NCBI GenBank assembly: GCA_963794325.1
Contig: CAWCDG010000004.1
Span: 1,447,302 to 1,511,301, forward strand
Source of the DNA: an uncultured delta proteobacterium
GTDB taxonomy: Bacteria; Desulfobacterota; Binatia; Binatales; Binataceae
DNA length: 64,000 nucleotides
Direction: 5' to 3'
Shown here: piece by piece, positions 56,480 to 63,855 of the stretch
Layout: each line of letters starts with the position of its first letter
Position numbering within the stretch: position 1 is the stretch's first letter
Program-made: the position numbers and the translations under genes
Notes under the pieces: generated by a model
The model's input: only the letters and a program-made list of their open reading frames with translations
What the model was told of the DNA's origin: nothing
Database searches by the model: none

Positions 56480-57546
56480 TGAACACCGCGACCAGGATCG
56501 AGACCGAATCATCGATGCCACTGCGCTTCGCCGGCCGCGTGCTGAGCGCCGCGATCATAATCGCCACCATCGTCGTCGGGCTCTACGTCGCACGCCTCTA
56601 CTACCTGTATCCGCGCACCGACGACGCTTACGTTCGCGCCAACTCGGTCGGAATCGCGCCTCACGTGAGCGGGCCGATTACCGAACTGCCGATCGTCGAT
56701 AATCAGTACGTCAAGCAGGGCGAGTTGCTCTTCATCGTCGATCCGCGCCCCTATCAATCGGTGCTGGACGCTGCGGTCGCCAAGCTGCAATTGACCGAGC
56801 TCAATATCAAGGCGCTCGACGATGCGATCCGGACCGCGAAGGCGGATCAAGTACGGCTCGAAGCTGATGCGGCTTATGCCAAGCAGTACCTCGATCGAAT
56901 CCAGCCGCTGCTCGCCAAACATTTCGTCACTGCCAACGACGTCTTCAACGCGCGCTCACGGGTTAGCGCTGCCGAGGCCGCGGTGCAGGCGGCGCGCTCC
57001 AGCGTCGGTAAGGCGCAGAACGAACTGGGCCAGTACAAAGATATCAACGCGCTGCGCAAAGCCGCGGAGGCCGCCGTTTATGACGCGAAACTCAACGTCG
57101 GTTATTGCTACGTGCGCGCGCCGTACAACGGATGGGTCACGAATCTGAACATCGCAGAGGGCCAATACGCCAACGAAGGCCGCGAAGTCGTCAGCCTGAT
57201 CGACGATCGCAAGTGGTACGTCATCGCGAATTTCCGCGAGACGTTTCTCTCCCACATCCAGCCCGGGATGACTGCCGAGGTCTTCATCCTCGCCTATCCC
57301 AACAAGCGCTTTCGCGGACGCGTGCAAGGCGTCGGATGGGCGCTCTATCAGGAAAACGGCGCGACCGTCCAAGGCCTGCCGCAAGTCGAGACGACGCTCA
57401 ATTGGGTGCGCCTCTCGCAGCGCTTCCCCGTACGCATTGTACTCGAGGATCGCGACCCGAAGTTCCCGTTCAGGATGGGCAACACCGCCGTCGTAACAAT
57501 CCAGGGCTATCGCGATCAGGATGATCGCCAGCAACCTAACCCCTAA
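56479..57546 (+). CDS. HlyD-family membrane fusion protein (MdtN/AaeA/EmrA-like)
   Basis: 355 aa. N-terminal TM anchor, VRANSVGIAPHVSGPITELPIVDNQYVKQGELLFIVDPRPYQ, a coiled coil and a beta-barrel domain. The last 5 codons and the stop lie inside a 41-nt repeat. Confidence 0.8.
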   Translation: MNTATRIETESSMPLRFAGRVLSAAIIIATIVVGLYVARLYYLYPRTDDAYVRANSVGIAPHVSGPITELPIVDNQYVKQGELLFIVDPRPYQSVLDAAVAKLQLTELNIKALDDAIRTAKADQVRLEADAAYAKQYLDRIQPLLAKHFVTANDVFNARSRVSAAEAAVQAARSSVGKAQNELGQYKDINALRKAAEAAVYDAKLNVGYCYVRAPYNGWVTNLNIAEGQYANEGREVVSLIDDRKWYVIANFRETFLSHIQPGMTAEVFILAYPNKRFRGRVQGVGWALYQENGATVQGLPQVETTLNWVRLSQRFPVRIVLEDRDPKFPFRMGNTAVVTIQGYRDQDDRQQPNP

Positions 57547-57571
57547 CCGCTTCCCTCGAGGGAAGGGGAAC
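57531..57571. repeat. 41-nt repeat with a CTTCCCTCGAGGGAAG hairpin (copy 1)
   Basis: GCAACCTAACCCCTAACCGCTTCCCTCGAGGGAAGGGGAAC. It differs at one position from 62316-62356. Confidence 0.8.
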
Positions 57572-57646
57572 CGGATTTGAGGCAACATTGCGCCCCGTCC
57601 TATCCCCCTCACCCCCTTTCCCGCGGGAAAGGGTGAACAGAAAGAA

Positions 57647-57759
57647 CTTGAGAGCGAAATGTCGTCTTCGCCGTTTCGCGATTTCTTTCACTGGGTGCAG
57701 GGGTCACCCCTGCCGAAGGAAGCGTGAAACCCGCGGAGGGTTTCACATTCAATAAAGTG
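57647..57759 (-). repeat. Intergenic repeat family R1, copy G
   Basis: The reverse complement reads CACTTTATTGAATGTGAAACCCTCCGCGGGTTTCACGCTTCCTTCGGCAGGGGTGACCCCTGCACCCAGTGAAAGAAATC-GCGAAA-CGGCGAAGACGACA-TTTCGC-TCTCAAG. Confidence 0.8.
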
Positions 57760-57808
57760 GATTGAATTCCATTTGACCGCGCCGCACTACTCGGCCTTTA
57801 ATGCCCTC

Positions 57809-59219
57809 ATGGCTGGAATTGTTTCTTACGGTTCATACGTTCCTTATCGACGACTCAAGCGCTCGGCGATCGCAGCCGTTCTCGGCACTCCTGCCGGCAA
57901 GGGCGAGCGCGCAATCGCCAGCTTCGACGAAGACAGCGTCTCGATGGCGGTCGAGGCGGTGCGCGATGCGCTGAAATCCGCGCCGCCCGGTGAGATACAG
58001 ACGCTCATCTTCGCGACCACAACGCCGCCGTATGCAGAGAAGCTCAGCGCCGCGGTGATCGGCGCGGCCGCCCAGCTTCCGGCGGAGATTCGCGCGTCGG
58101 ATATGACAGGGCTCGGTGCGCGCCGGCATGTCGGCGATTCTGCAAGGCGCCGACGCGGTCAGCGGCGGGGCGAAGCGCGCGCTCGTCGCGATTGGCGATT
58201 GCCGCCTCGCGGCGCCAGAGGGCAAGGCCGAGCAGACCACCGGCGACGGCGCGGTCGCGTTTGTGCTCGGTGCGGACAATGTGATCGCCGAAATCGTGGC
58301 AAGCGCGTCGCTCACGCGCGAGTTCCTTGATACGTGGCGCGCGAATGGCGAGCGCTTTGCGCATTCGTGGGAAGAGCGCTTCACCCTGACGCAGGCGCAT
58401 TCTCCGCTGCTCGGCACCGTAATCAAGAACGTGCTCGAGAAGGCGAAAGTCGCGCCGGGCGATCTGTCGAAGGTGATCCTCGACGCGCCCAACGCCCGCG
58501 CCGCCGACGAGATCGCGCGCGCACTCAAGATCGATCCCGCTAAATTCTCCGATTCGTTTGCGTTGACCGTCGGGCAGACCGGCGCCGCGCATGCGGGCCT
58601 GATGCTGGCGGCCGCGCTGCCGTCCGCCAAGCCCGGTGATCTAATCCTGGTCGCGACGGTCGCCGATGGCGCCGACGCCATTTTAGTGAAAGTGACTCCA
58701 GCGAACGCCGCCTTCAAGCCGGTGCATTCCGTCGGCCGCATGATCGAATCCAAGGGCGACGTGTCCTACGCCAACTATCTCAAGTGGCGCGAGATTCTGC
58801 CGACCGAGCCGCCGCGCCGCCCCGACCCCGACCGGCCAGCGGGACCGCCGATGATGCGCTCGGAGAAGTGGAAGTTCGGATTCATCGGATCGCGATGCAC
58901 CAACTGCGGGACGCCGCAACTTCCGCCGCAGCTGGTATGCGTGAAATGCCACAAGCGCGGTTTCATGGAGCCGTATCAGTTCGCCGATCGCACCGCGAAA
59001 ATCGCGACCTACGCCATCGATCGCCTCGCCTATTCTCTTAACCCGCCGACTGTTAACGTCGTGGCAGACTTCGAGGGCGGCGGCCGTTTCCTGTGCGAGA
59101 TGACCGATTGCGAGCCCGACAAGGTCGCGATTGGCGACGAAGTCGAAATGACGTTTCGCCGGCTCTTTACCGCCGACGGCGTTAACAACTATTTCTGGAA
59201 AGCGCGCCCCAGGCGTTAG
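57809..59219 (+). pseudogene. HMG-CoA-synthase-like (thiolase-fold) domain fused to a DUF35 Zn-ribbon/OB-fold domain; apparent frameshift at ~58106-58112
   Basis: MAGIVSYGSYVPYRRL...FDEDSVSMAVEAVRDAL is in frame 1, up to ..IRASDMTG. Frame 2 opens at 58107 (QGSVRAGMSAILQGADAV...). The C-terminus has CTNCGTPQLPPQLVCVKC plus the OB-fold region (DUF35). The shift coincides with a GGG run. Confidence 0.65.
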
Positions 59220-59236
59220 CAGCCGAGGAGAAAATC

Positions 59237-60421
59237 ATGGCCAGCAGAGGAATCAAGGACCGCGTCGCGATCATCGGGATGGGATGCACCAAGTTCGGCG
59301 AGCATTGGGACAAGGGGCCCGATGATCTGCTGGTCGATGCGGCCTACCAGGCCTACGAATCGGCCGGCGTCGAGCCCAACGACGTCGACGCGTACTGGCT
59401 CGGCACGATGGGCTCGGGAATCTCGGGGCTGACGCTCAGCGAGCCGCTCAAGATTCAGTACAAGCCCGTCACTCGCGTCGAGAACATGTGCGCGACAGGA
59501 TCCGAAGCACTGCGGCAGGCATGCTACGCGGTCGCGTCGGGCGCATTCGACATGGCGATGGCTATCGGCGTCGAGAAGCTCAAGGACTCGGGCTACTCGG
59601 GGCTCGTCATGAATGCGCCGCCGAACGACGGCACCGAGGGCAGCATGACGGCGCCCGCGTCGTTCTCGCTGCTGGCGCCCGCGTACTTCAAGAAGTACGG
59701 ACTCGACCCGGACAAGGGCAAGGACGTCCTCACGCGAATCGCGTGGAAGAATCACAAGAACGGCGCCAAGAATCCCAAGGCGCAATTCCAGAAGGAAGTG
59801 TCGCTCGAGACGATCAAGAACTCGCCCAAGATTGCCGACCCGCTCGGAATCATGGATTGCTCGGGCGTCTCGGACGGATCGGCGGCGGCGATCGTCGTTC
59901 GCGCCGAGGACGCGCACAAGTACTGTAAGAATCCCATCTACATAAAGGCGCTGTCGTTCATCGCGGGACCGGCGGAAGGACCGCTGTCGCAGGACTACGA
60001 CTTCACGACGTTCCGCGAAGTCGTCGCGACTGCCAAAGACGCCTACGCGCAGGCGGGCATCACCGATCCTCGCAAGCAGATCAGCATGGCCGAGGTTCAC
60101 GATTGCTTCACGCCGACCGAGCTCGTGCTCTACGAGGACCTCGGCTTCAGCCCGCGCGGCACCGCATGGCAGGACGTGATGGACGGGTTTTTCGACCTCG
60201 AAGGCACGCTGCCGGTAAATCCCGACGGCGGCCTCAAGTCGTTCGGTCATCCGATTGGCGCGTCAGGCCTGCGCATGATGTACGAGATGTGGCTGCAGAT
60301 GCGCGGTGAAGCGGGTCCGCGCCAAATCAAGAATCCGAAAGTAGGCCTCACGCACAACCTGGGCGGCGCCCCCGGCCGATGCGTCAGCTTCGTATCGGTA
60401 GTAGGCAGCCAGGTAGGCTAG
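59237..60421 (+). CDS. Thiolase (SCP-x / archaeal-type acetyl-CoA acetyltransferase family)
   Basis: 394 aa. VAIIGMGCTKFGE, active-site region VENMCATGSEALRQA, C-terminal HPIGASGLRM and NLGGAPG. Confidence 0.85.
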   Translation: MASRGIKDRVAIIGMGCTKFGEHWDKGPDDLLVDAAYQAYESAGVEPNDVDAYWLGTMGSGISGLTLSEPLKIQYKPVTRVENMCATGSEALRQACYAVASGAFDMAMAIGVEKLKDSGYSGLVMNAPPNDGTEGSMTAPASFSLLAPAYFKKYGLDPDKGKDVLTRIAWKNHKNGAKNPKAQFQKEVSLETIKNSPKIADPLGIMDCSGVSDGSAAAIVVRAEDAHKYCKNPIYIKALSFIAGPAEGPLSQDYDFTTFREVVATAKDAYAQAGITDPRKQISMAEVHDCFTPTELVLYEDLGFSPRGTAWQDVMDGFFDLEGTLPVNPDGGLKSFGHPIGASGLRMMYEMWLQMRGEAGPRQIKNPKVGLTHNLGGAPGRCVSFVSVVGSQVG

Positions 60422-60484
60422 CTCTTCTCTTGTGTCATTCTAGAGCGAAGCGAAGAATCCCGGTTCTTCGCTAGACTGATCACA

Positions 60485-60517
60485 ACGGCCGGCATCATAA
60501 GAATGCCGGCCGTTTTC
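60485..60517 (+). terminator. Rho-independent terminator after the thiolase gene
   Basis: ACGGCCGGCAT-cataaga-ATGCCGGCCGT followed by TTT. A second, smaller hairpin, GCGAAGAA-tcccgg-TTCTTCGC, lies just upstream. Confidence 0.75.
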
Positions 60518-60534
60518 CATTTGCGTGACTGACA

Positions 60535-60816
60535 ATGCAGACCCTATCTCCATTACTCAGCCGATTAGCCACTCTGCTAGTCGCCGTAGCTATCGTCCTA
60601 TACATCGGCGACTACCTCGTCATGAGACTAAGAAGCAATCCAACGGGAACCTGTCAAATCACCAAGCTCTACTCGGTGCCTCAAAAGGACGGTAAGACTG
60701 AATACGAAGCAGGCGAGCCAGAAACCCAAACTTGCGCAAATTCAATCTTCCCGCATATGGGTTACAGCTCCTGCTGGTATGTAGAGCGTCACAAAACCCA
60801 GCAGGTAAATCTGTGA
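60535..60816 (+). CDS. Small membrane-anchored hypothetical protein (93 aa) in the AT-richer islet
   Basis: One N-terminal TM helix (LATLLVAVAIVLYIGDYLV) and four Cys residues in the C-terminal part. Confidence 0.4.
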   Translation: MQTLSPLLSRLATLLVAVAIVLYIGDYLVMRLRSNPTGTCQITKLYSVPQKDGKTEYEAGEPETQTCANSIFPHMGYSSCWYVERHKTQQVNL

Positions 60817-60901
60817 CCCCCCGCGGCACTAACCACTCTGCAGAGTGTTGTGATAGAATCGTTCACTGAGAGTTAGCGGCCCTCGGGCCGTTTAGGCTCA
60901 G

Positions 60902-61684
60902 ATGACTTATAAATTCTGCGCAGCCTTCCTTTCTTCCGTTCTACTGATCGCAACCACGCTTCTCGGTGCAGCTTACTCCCGGAGCGCGTCCGCTTCAGAC
61001 TCGAACGATACTGATAACGCCGTCGCTGAATATCTGGATGGCGCGACAGAAAATACGCGTGGACAAGATCATCGCCAGGTACTGAAGCAAGCCTTGAACG
61101 ACATGCTCAATTTGCCAGTCAAGAAACTCTGCGACAAGTACTACCCGGACTACGAGATGCATCCGGACGCTTGGTCGATAACCGTGATCCTCGATCGTTA
61201 CATTGTCCCCAAGCGTCAGGATTTGACGATCGGCGACGACGAGTTTTTCGACGATATGAGGAAACCGGAGGCGCGACGAGCGATCCGTGCGTGGTTAGTG
61301 AAACTGAACGCCGAAGACGTAAATGGCCCCGGGTCAACGCGCCCTCGCAACACCGTGGAAGACTACCTCAATGGCGCGGAAGAACAGTCCGAAACCGATG
61401 ATCAGAAGGCCGTAATCAAGCAGGCCTTCGTTGATATGCTGAATGAACCGATCGAGAGTCTTCGCAAGAAACGTTATCCCGACTACCAGTTGCACCCTCA
61501 CCAGTGGCCGGCCACTGAAGTCTTATACCGTTATATCGTACCAGATCCACTAATCTCGTTCGACGACGACGAGCTATTTCGCGACGTGAAGAAGCCCCAA
61601 GCTCGAGAAATGATTCAAGAGTGGCTCAACTACCTGGATAATCCTGACGGCAAGCTCGGTCCGGCACGAAGACAATGGCCGTAA
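60902..61684 (+). CDS. Secreted hypothetical protein made of two ~110-aa tandem repeats
   Basis: Signal peptide. Repeat 1: AVAEYLDGATE..QVLKQALNDMLNLPVKKLCDKYYPDYEMHPDAWSITVILDRYIVP...DDEFFDDMRKPEARRAIRAWL. Repeat 2: TVEDYLNGAEE..AVIKQAFVDMLNEPIESLRKKRYPDYQLHPHQWPATEVLYRYIVP...DDELFRDVKKPQAREMIQEWL. Confidence 0.55.
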   Translation: MTYKFCAAFLSSVLLIATTLLGAAYSRSASASDSNDTDNAVAEYLDGATENTRGQDHRQVLKQALNDMLNLPVKKLCDKYYPDYEMHPDAWSITVILDRYIVPKRQDLTIGDDEFFDDMRKPEARRAIRAWLVKLNAEDVNGPGSTRPRNTVEDYLNGAEEQSETDDQKAVIKQAFVDMLNEPIESLRKKRYPDYQLHPHQWPATEVLYRYIVPDPLISFDDDELFRDVKKPQAREMIQEWLNYLDNPDGKLGPARRQWP

Positions 61685-61717
61685 CCAAACCGCCCGCCGT
61701 GAGGTTCCTATGCCACG

Positions 61718-62209
61718 ATGCCATCTTCATCAGGCCGAGAAGCGGTCTTCGAATACAATCGAGTTCAATACTGCGCTAAGTGTAAGTCGGGAATACTCTC
61801 TGCCGTAGGGAATGTGCGCCGCGACGTCGAGCCTAAAGTTTGTTTCATCTGGTACCAGGGCAATGACGATTGGGAGCCGATCCCGGGAACCGGGTGCGCC
61901 CACTGGGTGGCGCATGAGAAAGACATTCAATCGGGTCGAGCCCTCGATAGATGTCTGTTCGGATTCACCTATTGAGTCCCCGTGCTCATTGAGAGATGCG
62001 GAGAGGTGGAGTTGGAAAATGTTCGAAGCGGTGACATTTGGGTCAATGACGCCGAGAATCACGCAGGTCTGGTCATTCGAGTCATGCCAAACCTTTACCC
62101 TGATGAAATGCCTGAAATTACCATCTGCCACGATTCAAGCGGACAGCATGGCCTCGCCATCAACGACTTTGAGCGCTACTTTCACGGACGGGGTTCGTTC
62201 TGGCGCTGA
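61718..62209 (+). pseudogene. Small papain-like (NlpC/P60 / CHAP / amidase-effector-like) protein interrupted by an in-frame TGA at 61973-61975
   Basis: ORFs 61718..61975 and 61982..62209 are in the same frame and are separated only by TGA plus two codons. The combined 163 aa has a Cys motif (GTGCAHWVAHE) followed by RSGDIWVNDAENHAGLVIRV, the usual Cys-then-His order of NlpC/P60-type peptidases. The family call is tentative. Confidence 0.35.
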
Positions 62210-62315
62210 AGAATTTATGGAGATTCTTTCCCAGCCTCTTGATCAGCTCACGGACGCCGGACGGCTCGGGTGGGGTCCGACTTGCCCGAATTCCTGGTCC
62301 GTTTCGCTCCGCCCG

Positions 62316-62356
62316 GCAACCTAACCCCTAACCCCTTCCCTCGAGGGAAGGGGAAC
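62316..62356. repeat. 41-nt repeat with a CTTCCCTCGAGGGAAG hairpin (copy 2)
   Basis: GCAACCTAACCCCTAACCCCTTCCCTCGAGGGAAGGGGAAC, marking the right edge of the AT-richer islet. Confidence 0.8.
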
Positions 62357-62384
62357 AATCGCGTGGAGAGGAGTAGCGCGAGTT

Positions 62385-63545
62385 CTACTTCCTACTTTCC
62401 AATCCCATCCTACGCGCGATGATCACCTTCATGATTTCATTCGTGCCTGCGTAGATCGATTGCACCGCGGCGTCCGCGTAGTCCGTTGACACCGGGTACT
62501 CCATCATGAAGCCGTAGCCGCCGTGTAGCTGAAGGCATTGGCTCGCGATCTTCTTCTGTAGGTCGGTGGTCCACCATTTTGCCATGCTTACTTCGGCTAC
62601 TATCTCGTCGCCGCGGACGTGGGCTTGCAGGAGCTTGTCAACGAAGGCTTGTCCTACTTCTACTTCCGTCATCATCTCGGCGAGCTTGAACTGGGTGTTT
62701 TGAAACTCCGCGATCGGCTGTCCGAATGCTTTGCGATTCTTGCAATAGGCGATGGTGTCCTCGAGCGTGCGCCAGCAACTAGCTATCGAGGCGACTCCTA
62801 TACATAGCCGCTCCTGCTGGAGTTTCTCCATCAGCATCTTGAAACCCGTGCCCTCCTTACCGAGCAGGTTGCCGGCCGGGACGCGGCAGTCTTCGAAGAA
62901 CAACTCGCTGGTATCCTGGCCGCGCAGCCCGAGCTTGTCGAGCTTGCGGCCGCGAACGAAGCCGGGTGCGCTCGCATCGACCAGCATCAGGCTGACGCCC
63001 TTATGCGGCGGGTTAGCCTTCGGATCGGTCTTGCACGCGACAATTACGAGGTCGGCAATCTGCCCATTGGAAATGAAAATCTTCGAGCCGTTGATCACGT
63101 AATGGTCGCCGTCGCGGCGCGCTGTCGTCTGCACGGCGGCAAGATCGGACCCGGTGCCCGGCTCGGTCATCGCGATCGCGAGGATTATCTCGCCGGCGAT
63201 CGCACCGGGCAGGTAGCGGCGCTTCTGCTCCTGGTTGCCGAAGCTCGCGATGTAAGGCATGCAGATGTCCGAATGCAGCGACATCATGAGGCCATGCGCG
63301 CGCACGCGCGACAGCTCTTCCATCACGATGGCGTCGTAGATGAAATCCACGCCGCCACCGCCGTATTCCGCGGGCGCGTTCGCGCCAAGGAATCCAGCCT
63401 CACCCATCTTGCGCCAGCTCGCGCGATCGCTCATCCCAACGCGATTCCATTCGGGCACCTTCGGCTCGATCTCGGAATCGACAAACCGCCGCACCTGCGA
63501 GCGAAACATCTCGTGCTCTTCAGTAAAAATATCTCGTCGCATCAT
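62385..63545 (-). CDS. Acyl-CoA dehydrogenase
   Basis: Start at ATG 63545 (MMRRDIFTEEHEMFRSQVRRFVDSEIEPKVPEWN), preceded by AGGTGA. AMTEPGTGSDLAA, the C-terminal QLHGGYGFM motif and IYAGTNEI. Confidence 0.85.
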   Translation of the reverse strand: MMRRDIFTEEHEMFRSQVRRFVDSEIEPKVPEWNRVGMSDRASWRKMGEAGFLGANAPAEYGGGGVDFIYDAIVMEELSRVRAHGLMMSLHSDICMPYIASFGNQEQKRRYLPGAIAGEIILAIAMTEPGTGSDLAAVQTTARRDGDHYVINGSKIFISNGQIADLVIVACKTDPKANPPHKGVSLMLVDASAPGFVRGRKLDKLGLRGQDTSELFFEDCRVPAGNLLGKEGTGFKMLMEKLQQERLCIGVASIASCWRTLEDTIAYCKNRKAFGQPIAEFQNTQFKLAEMMTEVEVGQAFVDKLLQAHVRGDEIVAEVSMAKWWTTDLQKKIASQCLQLHGGYGFMMEYPVSTDYADAAVQSIYAGTNEIMKVIIARRMGLESRK

Positions 63546-63556
63546 TGTGAGATCAC

Positions 63557-63844
63557 CTACGCAGCCTTGAACGACCGCACCCGGATTCGATTCGCGCGGC
63601 TGCGCGCCTGCCAAAGATCGTAGGCCATCTGCATCCCGAGCCACGTCTCCGGACTGGAGCCGAACGCCTTCGAGAGCCGAATCGCCATCTCGACCGACAC
63701 CGCCGCTCTTTGATTCACCACGTCCGAAAGCGCCTGCCGGGTGACGCCCAAAGCCTTAGCGGCTTCGGTTACCGAGAGGCCCAAAGGTTCGAGGCACTGG
63801 CGTCGTACGATGCCGCCCGGATGAGGAGGATTGTGCATAGCCAT
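63557..63844 (-). CDS. higA: HigA-family antitoxin (XRE-type HTH)
   Basis: Start at ATG 63844. MAMHNPPHPGGIVRRQCLEPLGLSVTEAAKALGVTRQALSDVVNQRAAVSVEMAIRLSKAFGSSPETWLGMQ is typical HigA/VapI. AGGAG lies 8 nt upstream. Confidence 0.85.
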   Translation of the reverse strand: MAMHNPPHPGGIVRRQCLEPLGLSVTEAAKALGVTRQALSDVVNQRAAVSVEMAIRLSKAFGSSPETWLGMQMAYDLWQARSRANRIRVRSFKAA

Positions 63845-63855
63845 AAGGTTCGCTC

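Noticed and set aside
24638-57759. R1 repeats as a CRISPR array
   Set aside because: - The copies are kilobases apart and in both orientations.
- They vary in length and module content, with no regular repeat-spacer periodicity.
- There are no cas genes.
61973-61975. TGA as a selenocysteine codon
   Set aside because: - I saw no convincing SECIS-like stem-loop immediately downstream.
- No Sec-related genes occur in the window.
- The position is not next to a redox Cys motif.
- A nonsense mutation or sequencing error is more parsimonious.
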